From positions 2,896,324 to 2,960,323 of the forward strand of contig MU053559.1 of NCBI GenBank assembly GCA_013239625.1: a stretch of DNA of 64,000 nt, written 5' to 3'. How positions within the stretch are numbered: the stretch's first letter is position 1; each line of letters begins with the position of its first letter. Shown here piece by piece: positions 52,319 to 64,000 of this stretch. This DNA comes from Lama guanicoe. Lineage: Eukaryota. A program made the position numbers and the translations under genes. Under the pieces are notes generated by a model. That model was given only the letters and a program-made list of their open reading frames with translations, was not told the origin of the DNA and did no database searches.

Positions 52319-53719
52319 AAAGTGAATATCATCAGCAAAGCTTATTTACCTTAGCTAAAGATGAGAAGCACCCTAAATCCCCAACATCTGGGGGAATGGT
52401 TGAGTGAAATTAGTTGATCATATGTTAGGTGTGAAAAATACATTGCAAAACTGAGTGAAGTATGTCAAAGCATGATTTTCAAAAAATTAAAAATTAAACT
52501 CACATATGGAATAAAACTATGTCTAAGATTTATTCAGTGTATTGTTGAGGGCATCAGTGAGATTATAAAGCTGGTTCAAAGAGCATTTAATGAACTGGGT
52601 ATCTATAGACCTTCATAAAAAGGAATGTTAGAATAAGGGCTATGTAGGATACAAGACTGATTAAATAACTCACAGGGCAATAAAACCATAACCTTTACAG
52701 TTATCTTTTCTACCAGGCAGAAATAATCTCCAAGTTAACATATAACTTCACAGTATTTGGGTGCTAATCAAATCGTAAACAGTAAAGTCAAACACAGGTA
52801 CGATCTCCTGGAGAATTAAATTACTTTGTTACACAGTGCTCCTAGTATGACATTGAAAGGACATGTCTCTTTGCCTTTGCCTTATTTCCAATGTTTGGAT
52901 ATTTTTCTTAACAACCAATATGTGAACTATATAACGTATGTTGTATGTCTAAGTATTAGTCAGGGTCCTGACAGGAAGTTGGTGCCATACCAAAGAGTTT
53001 AACTGACTATTTACAGAGGTGTGGATGGAGTTAAGAAGAGCAAAAAGAGATGTTGAGGTTTCCAGGCACTAGTAACAGTGGGGAAACTCATTCTACCCTT
53101 AAGTCTGGAGTGACAAGGAGGGGCAGAAATGGAGCAGATAAATATCAAATCTCTCCCTCCTTCTGCCCTCTGATCTTCTGCCAGAGCCTCCTATATTAGC
53201 TCAACCCAACTGGAAGCCAGAGGGAGAAGGCCACTGATGTCATCTGTAGAGGTCCCCCTCTCTGGGCACAGAGCAAGACTGAGAGGAGGAAAATGAGGGA
53301 ACACACAGAGAATAACCAGCTCAGTCAATATTTCAGGTACTGTTAGGCATTGAATTGTGTCCGTCCCAATAGATAATGTTGGAGTCCTAACCCCCGGTGC
53401 CTTAGAACGTGACCTTATTTGGACATAGAGTGTTTACAGAGGTAATTAAAATGAGGTCATCAGGGTGAATGTGTGGGCAGCCTGAGGGGTATGTGTTTAT
53501 GGATAATAACATTGATATGTGGGCTCACATTATTTGTATTTTACGGGGACGTTTCTTGCCCCGGACTGAACACCTCACTTTCTGTTCCCATTCATGTGTT
53601 GGGCCTGTTTTTTGTCTCGCCCCTCTCCAAAGCTGCTATCCCACTGGTAGGTCCCTTTGTGGCTTGGTTCAAGGCCAAAGTTTAGCACATATGGCCCCTT
53701 CATTTAAGAGTATATCATT

Positions 53720-53801
53720 GGGGGGTGGGCATAGCTCAGTGGTAGAGCACATGCTTGGCATGCACGAGATCCTGGGTTCAATCCTCAGTACCTCCATTTT
53801 A
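53720..53801 (+). mobile_element. tRNA-Ala-derived SINE (Vic-1-like), short form
   Basis: A and B boxes; degenerate TSD aagagtatatcatt / aaaagtgtgttatt. Confidence 0.88.
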
Positions 53802-54007
53802 AAAAGTGTGTTATTACTCCTCACTAATTGAAAGAATTAAAAATGACACAATTTTGGTCCTCCCAGAAAATGTTTGCTGAATGAATAAATAGTATAAGGC
53901 TTAAGGGCTTTTACCTAGTTTCTGAAGTTAGGGTACCTAATCTAGAGTTTCATGACTCATTTCTTAGAAAAATAACTGAAAGTCCAGCTAGACTTCAGCC
54001 CTTTGCC

Positions 54008-54445
54008 TTTTTTTTTTTTTTTTTTGTAAGTATAGTCAATTTACAATGTTGTGTTAGCCTCTGGTGTACAGCATGGTGATTCAGTTACACACACATATAT
54101 ATTATTTTTCATTACAGACTATTAACAGGGTACTGAATATAGTTCCCTGTGCTGTATGGTAGGACCTTGTTGTTTTATCTATTTTTAAAATTTTGTTCAT
54201 CTATTTTATATATAGTAGTTAGTATCTGCAAATCTTGAACTCCCAATTTATCCCTCCCCACCACCTTTCCTCCCTGGTAACTATAAGTTTGTTTTCTGTC
54301 TGTGAGTCTGTTTCTGTTTTGTAAATGAGTTCATTTGTGTCTTTAAGATTCCACATATAAGTGATATCATGTGATATTTGTCATTCTCTTTCTGCCTTAC
54401 TTCACTGAGTATGACAATCTCTAGATCCATCCATGTTGCTGCATA
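54008..54445 (-). mobile_element. L1 3' end fragment (antisense) with poly-T
   Basis: Poly-T followed by reverse-complement L1 3' UTR. Confidence 0.88.
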
Positions 54446-55224
54446 TTTCAGCCTGCTGTCTTTATGCCTTAAGGTGGAACACTCCTTAAGGTGGAAACCT
54501 TACCCTCTTTTCTCACCAGACTCAGGTACTCTTAATCATAGGCAAATCATAGCAGATCTTTCCAGACTGTTCCTCTGTCCTCTGCTGACCTGTGTCCATT
54601 TTGCTCCTTTGCTCTCTCTCTCTCTGAGACTGTGACTTCCTCGAGGGAAGGGGACACGGCTTATCCCTCCTTGACTGACACTGATGGGTAATAACCAAAT
54701 ACCACTCAAGCCTGAAATGGGACTCAGGTGATCTTCGAAAATGAGGATAGGCAAGGAGATAAGGGTTGTGCCTCAGGAAACTGAATGACAACTTCTTTTT
54801 TTTTTTTTAACGAGTGAAAAGGAAATGATGTGCTCTCTGTATATCTGCTAAAGGATCCCAGAGGAGAAAAAATCTGTAACCAAATCTGAGAACCAAACAC
54901 CTCTAGTTTACAAACAATGCACCCCCTACCCTGTCCGACTGCTTGAACCCAGTACTTCCCTTTCCCCCACAAAGGGAACAGAATAAGGGCCAACTAAAAG
55001 TCATTACCATATTGGTTTCTATGGTGATTGATTTTTTTTTTCTCTTCGGAGATTGAAGATATCTTTTCCTTACCTCAGTCATTTTTTATTTTGTTTTTCA
55101 TGTTGAAGTTCTCTCTGATCTGCTTTCTTTCCCCTAGGGGTAGTCCAGAACCTACTTGCCTGTAGGTGGAGGTGTGAGGTGTTAAGTGGCACTTAGTTAC
55201 AATTTTCAAAAAAGATAAAAGCAC

Positions 55225-55316
55225 GGGGGTGGGGGTGGTATAGCTCAGTGGTAGAGCACATGCTTGGCATGCACAAGGTCCTGGGTGCAATCCCCAATAC
55301 CTCCATTAAAAAAAGA
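55225..55316 (+). mobile_element. tRNA-Ala-derived SINE (Vic-1-like), short form
   Basis: A and B boxes; degenerate TSD aaagataaaagcac / aaaggtaaaatcat. Confidence 0.88.
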
Positions 55317-55354
55317 AAAGGTAAAATCATGACTCTTATGCATATATAAAAGGA

Positions 55355-55590
55355 ACATAAATTAGGAGTTAGGGATTAACAGACACATTACTATATATAA
55401 AATAGATAAACAACAAGGACCTACTGTATAGCACAGGGAACTACATTCAATTTCTTGTAATAACATACAATGTTAAAGAATCTGAAAAGAAAAAAAGTAT
55501 ATGTATATATATGTATAACTGAATCACTTTGCTATACATCTGAAACCAACATTGTGAATCAACTACACTTCAAAACAATTTTTTTAAAAA
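55355..55590 (+). mobile_element. L1 3' UTR fragment
   Basis: Matches 52050-52290. Confidence 0.85.
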
Positions 55591-57599
55591 AGGAATATAA
55601 GCCAAAGATTTTATTCAACTCAGTTAATGCAGGAACCAGTAGAATATTAAGACTGGTTTGAAGAGCACGTGAAGAGCTTGATATATATAGGTAATTTAAC
55701 AAAGGACTGTGTTAGGATAAAATGGCTGTTGGATACAAACCTTTCCTTCAGGGCAAAGAACCTATAACCTTGAGGTTATTTTTCCCACTGGGCAAAAATC
55801 ATTTGCACCTCTCCTGGACAAAATTCTTTAAGCTTTTATGTAACTTCATGAAGTCTTTGATTTTCAATCAGTGATAAAGTGAGCAAAGTACATTTCCCTA
55901 GATAATCTTGGGTGAGCTGTCTCCCCTATTGAAAGGATGTGACGGGTTTTCAGATAGCCTTAAGTGCATCAGATCCCTAGGGGGTTGACCCAGCAGCAAC
56001 TATGCAAGGAGGGAAAAGAAGATCCTTTTTTTTTTTTTGCGTTTACATAGTTTTACACTGAACCATAGTCCTGTCAAAGAATGAGGGACTTGTGATGAGT
56101 GCTACTATCACAGAAGGATCGAATTGCATTGTAAATTTGCAATATGTTAAAAGTTAATAAAGCGGGAAGTGGGGAGGAATTGGATGATGCAGTCAAAGGG
56201 TACAAACGTCCAATTATAAGATAACTAAGTAGTAGGGATATAATGTACAACATGATAAATATAATTAACACTGTTGTACGTTATATATGAAAACTGTTAC
56301 GAGAGTAAATCCTAAGAGCTCTTAACACAAGAAAGAAAAACATTTTTCTATTTCTTTAATTTTTGTATCTGTATGAGATGATGGATGTTCACTAAACGTA
56401 TTGTGATAATCACTTCATGATGTATGGAAATCTGATTATTATGCCATATACATTAAACTACACAGTGCTGTATGTCAATTATATCTCAATAAAACTGGGA
56501 AAAAAGAAGTTAACAAAGCATGTTTGCGCAGACAAATTCAAATATTTTGTGTATGAGATAAAGATTTTATGGAACAAAATGAAATAGCAATGAACAAATT
56601 GCTGAACTATCTGAATCGGACCAAATAACATCTAAAATCATCAGGGAAGCTGAAACTATGTATGGCTTTTATATCTCCTTATTCTGTTTTCAAAAAGTCA
56701 GATATTTAGGAAACATCAAAGCAAGATGTACTGTTCATTTTGCATTAAAAGCCTTTGAAGCTCTTTTGGAAGACCTGCAATAATGAAGAACTTGTAATAA
56801 GCTCACAAAAGGCTCTTCTAATGAATTAGTCAATTTTAATACTCTTCAGAATTCCCCATAAGAACATCATTCTCTCTTTTTTCCTGCAAAGTTTAGCTCT
56901 CTCCTCTCTTGACAACCTTTCCATTTTAGATTTCTTTTAAGAGAGAGAAAAATTTCATTTATTAAAGACAGACTTGGGTTAAATTAAAGTCAATCATTAT
57001 AATCATTACCTCTGCTTTAATACACACTGGCTGCTTCAAAGAGGAGCGTACAAACTGGCTTCCACTTTGTTATGAAAAACCATCTGGATTCTGTGTGTTG
57101 TGTTTTGGTTTCAGAGGTTTATCTTCATCCCTCAGTTTAGGTGCAGTTACAAGACATCTACCTTAAATCTTCTAAGGATAGAATAGGAATCAACTTACAT
57201 ATTTCTATTTCAAACTTCTGTTACCACCTTTCCCTTTCAAAACACCCCGACTATCATAATCAGGGGGATCTGAATAGATCTTAACTAGAAATTGATTTAT
57301 TTGACCATCAAGATATAAATAAGCAGGAGACATTTTCTGCCTGACTCCTTTGTCCATATATATTCGACAGTATTTTAATGTATTTTTCCAAATAGCTATC
57401 ATCTATTTTCATCTATCTTACAAATATTTATCACGCATTTCATTTGTGCCAGGAAATAGTTCTAGGGTTGGAATGATGAACAAGACAAAAGTCCTTTACC
57501 AAGGAAGAATATGTTCCAGTAGAAGAAAATGGATAATAAATAAACAAGTTAATCTATTTTTAAAGTGGTGCCTATACATAAGTCGATAGAATATACATT

Positions 57600-57918
57600 T
57601 TTTTAATTTATTTATAATTTTATTATATTGAGTTATAGTCAGTTTACAATGTTGTGTCAAATTCCAGTGTAGAGCACAATTTTTCAATTATATATGAACA
57701 TACATATATTCATTTTCACATTCTCTTTCACCGTGAGCTACCACAAGATCTTGTACATATTTCCCTGTGCTATACACTATAATCTCGTTTATCTATTCTA
57801 TATCTACCTTTCAGTATCGACAAATTTCGAACTCCCAGTCTGTCCCTTCCCACCCCTCGCCCCTGTGGCAGCCACGAGTGTGTATTCTATGTCTATGAGT
57901 CTGTTTCTGTTTTGTGTT
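57600..57918 (-). mobile_element. Lineage-specific L1 3' end (antisense), same family as the 23011-23330 3' UTR
   Basis: Reverse complement matches ...gaatttgacacaacactgtaaa...; flanked by the TSD-like pair tagaatatacattttttt / tagaacgtacattttttt. Confidence 0.88.
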
Positions 57919-58541
57919 TAGAACGTACATTTTTTCCCCTCAGTTACATCTAATACATGAGCAGTGCCAGCTGAATAATGAGAGACTGGAATTTTGCTTT
58001 ACTGCGGGGAGAGAGGTAGCTTGGCTGCATAACCAAATAAAAGATCTGGCTTAGAAAAAACTGTGAGGCTTCCTTCTCCTTTAGCCTGAATCAGGGTTCA
58101 AGTTCATTTTTCCCTATGAAATTGAACTCTCTGAAAGCTATCAGACAAACTCATCACTGTTAAGGTATAAATGGATGCAAAGACTCATCTGTATACTTTC
58201 CAGCAAGGCTTTCATTGTATGGAAGATGAAGCCTGAGGCCCGGAAAAAGTTCATCTTTATGGAAAACCCAGGCTATTAAGTGACAAGCTTGATCATCAAG
58301 GCTCTCCTCACTGTGTTCTCCAGTCCAAATTTATTATGTTATAAACTCTGCCTGATCCCAATCAATACTCTGCCTTGCAAGACTCTTCTTAAAATCGCCC
58401 ACTCCAGACCTTAAAACCCTCTGACTAACCTCTGCTCATTTCCCCCTTTTAAGACACTCATTAAGACTCTAAGGATGGGTTTGTCCTCACTGCAGTGAGT
58501 CACTTAGCTTTGATTAACCAGCTTATGGTCTTTAACGGTGG

Positions 58542-59030
58542 TTGTAATGGGTTGAATGGTGGCCTCTGAAAAGATATATCCACATCCAAACATAACCCAC
58601 TCCCAGCACCCCCAGGAACCTGTGAATGTGACCTTGCTTGGAAAAAAAGTTCTTTGTAGATCTAAATAAGTTAAGGATCTTGAGATGAGACTATCTCAGA
58701 TTTAGAGTGGGCCCTAAATCCAATAACAAATGTTCTTAGAAGAGACAGGAGGAAGGAGACTGGAGACACAGAGGAGAAGATGATATGAAGTTGGGGGCAG
58801 GGATTAGAGTGATGCATGTACTAGCCAAGGAAAGCCAAGGGTTGCTAGCAACCACCAGAAGCTAGGAAAGAGACATGGAACAGAGTCTCCCTTAGAGCCT
58901 CCAGGAGTAACCTAATCTGCCAACACACTGATTTCTGACTTCTGCCTTATAGACCTGTCAGAGAATAAATTTCTGTTCTTTTAAGCTGTCTAGTTGTGAT
59001 TTGTTACAGCAGCCCCAAGGTACTAATATA
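58542..59030 (+). mobile_element. MLT1C/D-like MaLR solo LTR
   Basis: Runs from tgtaatgggttgaatggtggcc to agaataaatttctgttcttttaagc...tttgttacagcagcc...actaatata. Confidence 0.85.
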
Positions 59031-59865
59031 GTGGCTTTCTGGAGAATTGAAAGAGCCAAGTAATATAGGCAATAATTGCAGTGGAGGTGCCAGAAGCAGG
59101 TGCTCAATGCTGCGTTGGCATAATGATGAATGTGGTGATGATAATGCTGAAGATGAAGACAAGGGTGTGGTGACTGTGATAACTATAAAATAGCTAGCTA
59201 AGGCCAACTTCCAGCTTTCCTCTAACATTATTTTTATGTACATCTCTGCTCAACTCTCTATCCAGACAAAGGCAGCCAAGAACATCTTGGTAGCAGCCAA
59301 GACAACAAAGTGAACTCTAGACAAGCACTTCTTGGATTTTAATGTGCAAAAGAATCCCCTAGGGGTCGCTCTCTCTCTCTCGCCTTCCCAGAGGGCCTGC
59401 ACTCTGTCTATGGAGTGTGTATCTAACTTTACTTTAATTCCCCCCACCCCCCACCCTCCGTGTACATCTCTCTAAATAGATCTACTTTTACTCAAAAAAA
59501 AAAAAATCCCCTAGGGGTCTTGTTAAAATGCAGATTCTGATTCAGTAGGTCTCGATGTGATCTAAGATTCTGCATTTCCTTTTTTTTTTTCTAATAGGGC
59601 AACAAATAATGGGTATACACCATATGGGTATTGAGGATTTTTGTTTTTTTTAACTCTTATTTGTTTAATTTCAGCTTCATAGAGGTGTAATTGACATATA
59701 AAATTGTAAGCTATTTAAAGTGTACATTGTGGTGATTTGATATATGTTGCGAAAAATTCCTTTCCATCTGGTTAATTAAAGGATTCTGCAGTTCTAGCAA
59801 GCTCTAGGGTAATACCAATGCTGCTGGTCTGAGGACCCACAATTTGGGGGAGCAAGGATTCAGAT

Positions 59866-61537
59866 CAAGGTTTGGCAAAATTTATCTGGAAAGGGCCAGA
59901 TAGTAAATATTTTAGACTTTGAGGATGTATTAGTTTCTGACTGCTGCTGAAACAAATTACTACAAACTGTTAAGAGAAAATTTTCCACAGACGATGTACT
60001 GATCTAGCAGGCTTTTATTCGTGAATTAGACAGCATCCAATCTAGCAGATAGAAAGGAGGTCTGCAGAGCTGTACAAGGTGAGAGATTTTTATGGACCCA
60101 AGTGAGCAGGAACAAGGAAGTCATACTAGGCGTCTAATGATTAGTTATATGGCACAAAGGGAAGTCTTGGAGCAGGTTAGGTATCTTGTGCTGAGCAGGC
60201 AAGCAGTAATTGGCTGACCCAGGACTTCCTTTCCCAGAAGAGCTGAGCATAGAAACTTAGTTAAGTTAGTTTGTTTGCTGGCCTAGGGCTTAGCATGAGT
60301 GACTCCATCTTGGGCCTAATCTGGTTACTTTAACAAAATTTAGCAGCTTAAAGTAATACTCATTTATAACCTCACAGTTCTTTGCTTGAAAGACCAGCAC
60401 TGTGGAGAGCCCACTAAGTTACTGTCTCAAAAGACAGAAGTCAAGGTGGTGGCTGGGGCATGTTCCTGGAGGCTCTGAAGGCAGAATCTGCTTCTAAGCT
60501 CATTCAGGTGGCTGGCAAAATCCAGTCCAATGTAGCTAGATGCCCCCACTTCCTTGCTGGCTGTCAGCTTCTCTCTACTCCTTAACACAGCCTAGCTTCC
60601 TTGTCACAATGTCCCTTCCATCTTCAAACCAGCAACAGCATGTCAAAGCCTTCACACACCTTGAGTCTCTCTGACTTTCCCTTCTGTCACATCTCTCTGA
60701 CACCAACTGGAGAAAATTCTCTGCTTTTAAGAGCTCATATGATTAGATTGGACCTACCTGGATAATCTAGGATAATCTTCTTATCTCAAGGTCTTAACTT
60801 TATTTCGCTTAGCAGGAGTCAGACAGAGAAAGACAAATACTGTATGATATCACTTACAGGTGGAATTGAAAAAAATACAACAAACTAGTGAATATAACAG
60901 AGAAGAAGTAGGCTCACAGATACAGAGAACAAACTGGTGGACCAGTGGGAAGAGAGAAGGGGGGAGGGGCAGTAAAGAGGTAGGGGATTAAGAGGTACAA
61001 ACTATTAGGTATAAAATAAGCTACAAGGGATATATCATACAACATGGGGAATATAGCCGATGTTTTATAATAACTATAAATGGAGTATAACCTTTAAAAG
61101 TTGTGAATCATTGTATTGCACACCTGTAATTTATGTATATTGTACATCAACCATATTTCAATAAGAGAAAAAAAGGCCCTTAACTGTAATACGCCCTTTG
61201 TCATGTAAGGTTACATCTTCACAGGTTCCAAGGTTAAGGCATTATTTTGCCGACCACAGAGGGCCACAATGCCTCTGTCACAACTACTTGAATGAAAGCA
61301 GCCATAGATAATATGTAAATAATAATATGCAAATAAGTGAGTGACCCGCTGTTCCAACAAAACTTTAGTCATGGACACTGAAATCTGAATTCCACGTATT
61401 TTTGTGATAAAATAATATTCTTTTGATTTTTTTTCAATGGTTTGAAAAAAATGTAAAATTTATTCTGAGCCCATGGGGCAGTACAAACACAGGCAGTAGG
61501 CTAGACTGGGCCTGTGGGCTGTAGTTTGCTGACCTCT
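59866..61537. mobile_element. Nested cluster: MER58B-like MITE containing an MLT1 LTR (59926-61258, minus), which contains an ERV LTR (59968-60335) and an L1 3' fragment (~60810-61175)
   Basis: The MER58 halves rejoin across a gagga/gaggg duplication; the inner LTR tgttaagag...ttaaca is flanked by aaac/aaat. Confidence 0.75.
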
Positions 61538-63039
61538 AATCTGGATGTTTATCCCTCTCGCTTTAGACCAGAAGCCTGTGAAGGGCAAGAATGTTCTCTC
61601 TGACGTTTGCTGCGCTGTGGATGCTTCTTAAAATGATTAAACTTTTGACCAAAACCCTCGCGTGTAGGAAGATTCCAGATACCGAGGTGGTGTTTATGGG
61701 GAAGGGAGAAATGGAAAATTTTGTCCAGGAAACTGGTTCTTTTGTAAGAGCAAAGATGTGTTATATTTGAGAAAACAAGCTTTTACAGGGAGAAATGCAA
61801 ATAGGCAGTTGTTAAATTAGCTGTGTTCCACTTGGAGCTTTAATGACATCTTTAGGTAGGCAGGCAAAAATAATGATAGAAGTAATAAGATCTCATGCTT
61901 CAGGAGATCGGAAGGTAACCCAGGATGATACGGGAGATTTTTCTTTTGATACCTCTGTGTTGGTCTACTTGAAACATTGTACGTTCCATTTACAGTCCTT
62001 TAAATACTAGACCCTTGGGGCAGGACTTCTGTGTTAACTAAATCGGTAATGTGATTAGGTGTGTGGTAAAACCCATTTGCTCATAGAAGCAAGTTATTTG
62101 AATTACTATGCATCGTAAAATAATTACATAATGAGGTATAGTCTGGAGTATTTGCAGTGTATCAAAGGTGGGATTGGAATTTATAATTAATGATACCCCA
62201 ATTTCTCAAATCTGTTGGGAAAAATCAAATTTTGGTGTCATTGTTACAGCCAGTCCAAATCAAATAAATCACATCTTTGGTCATGTACCTCAGAAAGGGG
62301 CCCCAAGACATGGATTGATGTACAAATGATTGATGAAAGAAGTGCTCCTAGGAGAAACCAGTAAGGGAGTGGGAGAAACAGGGCACAGAAGGGAAACAAG
62401 CCAAGTAAACATGCACTTTCAAGCCAAGTCCCAGCCTCAGCCTGATCCTGTGGAGAGTTCTCGAACGTAAATTACACCTCCAAGTTTGTTAAGACCGGAG
62501 GCAAGGAGCTAGGATTTCATATTCCTGCACTAGTCAATCATTGGTTAAGGCTGCCCCAGGGGAAGGAAATTCCCAGGCACTGCTTGCTTTCTGGACAAGT
62601 GAGCAAAGTAGCTGGAACAGCCCATGGGCAGACCTCCAAAGAGTGTCACAGGTGCAAGCCATTATAAGCAGAGCACACGGGAGTTGGGAGAGATGGGGGC
62701 TCTCCAGATGTCAACCGGATCCCAAGGGGGTGTACACAGAGCACCAACAGGGGCGACTACACCATGCTCATATAAATGCATTGGGATTTGGTTTCCTGGA
62801 AGAAAACAAATTTAGACTCTCTCTCTCACACACACACATACACGCGCACACACACAAACACACTGCTGAGAACGCCTTTTGATACCTGGGGCTCATGTTA
62901 TCACATTTAACAGAGAAAAAGTCCTAAATACTAGAAAATTGCCTCTGGAGTTCATAACTCCGGGTAAGCAGGAAGGAAGACATAGATTGTATTTTGTTTG
63001 TTTTTATTTCACCATTTTTAACAAAAGAATTTAAAAGAC

Positions 63040-63890
63040 TTAATATAACAAAATACTGAACAATCATTTAACTGTATTTTCTGTTCATTCTGTTTGTTTC
63101 TTTTTAAATCTAGCTTTTGGATAGGTAATGCATTCATGTGGTTCAGAAACCTGAAAGTATAAAAGGATAGACAGGTGACAGCCTCTTATTAATCCTCGTC
63201 CCCCATCTGCCAAGATCTTCCCTCACTACTATTCTTAGTTTATATGTGGACATACAAGCAAATACACATACCGACTTTTAGTGCCTTCCCTTTTATATCA
63301 AAGATGAAATAGTATAAAAATGGTGCCGCATATAAAAACTTGCATTTTTTTCACTTACCATATTTTAGAGTCTTTTCTAAATCGGGACATAGACAGTGTC
63401 CCCCACACCCCACCCCCTTTTTTTGACATCTGCATGACATTCCATTGAATGGATAAATAATCATTTATTTAACCAGTTCCCTACTGATGGACATTTGCAG
63501 TGTTTTTAATCCTTTGCAGTTACAAACGGTGCTTCATTGAGAGTAAACTTGTACTTATATAATCTTCCATGTGTGCAAGTATACCTGTAGAATAAATTCC
63601 CCAAAGTTTAGCTGTTCGTCAAAGGGCAAATAAATTTATAATTTCGATAGCCATTACTAAATTACCTTCCAGAGAGGTTATATACCAATTTGCATTCTCA
63701 CAAAGTAATACATGAGACTATCTACCCACATCCTCTCCAACACAGTGTATTATTAAACTTTTAGATTTTTGCCAATCTCATAAGTAAAAGATGATATCTC
63801 AATACAGTTTTAATTTGCATTTTTAAAATTTTGAGAAAATTGAGTGTCTTTTTGTATGATATGTAGATTCTTAATATACTGAAAAATTTC
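63040..63890 (-). mobile_element. Old L1ME-like 3' region (antisense)
   Basis: Contains atttaaccagttccctactgatggacattt...ccaatttgcattctcac...ttttaatttgcattt. Confidence 0.75.
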
Positions 63891-64000
63891 CTGTTGATTC
63901 AGAGTGAGATCCTTGCCTGCAATTAGAAAGCTAGGATGAATGCAGACATTCGCTTTCCTGGGACACGTGTCAGGGTCAGAAAGTACCTTAGTGGTCATCT

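Overview
Mammalian genomic DNA, most likely camelid: it carries eight copies of a tRNA-Ala-derived SINE matching the camelid Vic-1 type, plus young artiodactyl-type L1 3' ends. More than half the window is transposable element (L1, MLT1/ERV LTRs, MER5/MER58/Tigger), and I found no intact multi-exon protein-coding gene. Two non-repeat signals stand out. (1) A decayed, intron-containing protein-kinase-like gene on the minus strand: the core is ~33.2-38.5 kb, where three phase-compatible splice junctions join kinase-like motifs, and it may extend ~19-41 kb and include a second kinase-like domain. (2) An orphan CpG-rich copy of the TM2D3 5' end (exon 1, intron 1 and a degenerate exon 2) at 23.4-23.9 kb. 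Directly upstream of it is a young 5'-truncated L1 with an intact 591-codon ORF2 remnant, a 3' transduction and a TSD ending 17 bp before the ATG. All family and gene identifications are by eye and from memory; no database searches were run, and boundaries of old repeats are approximate.
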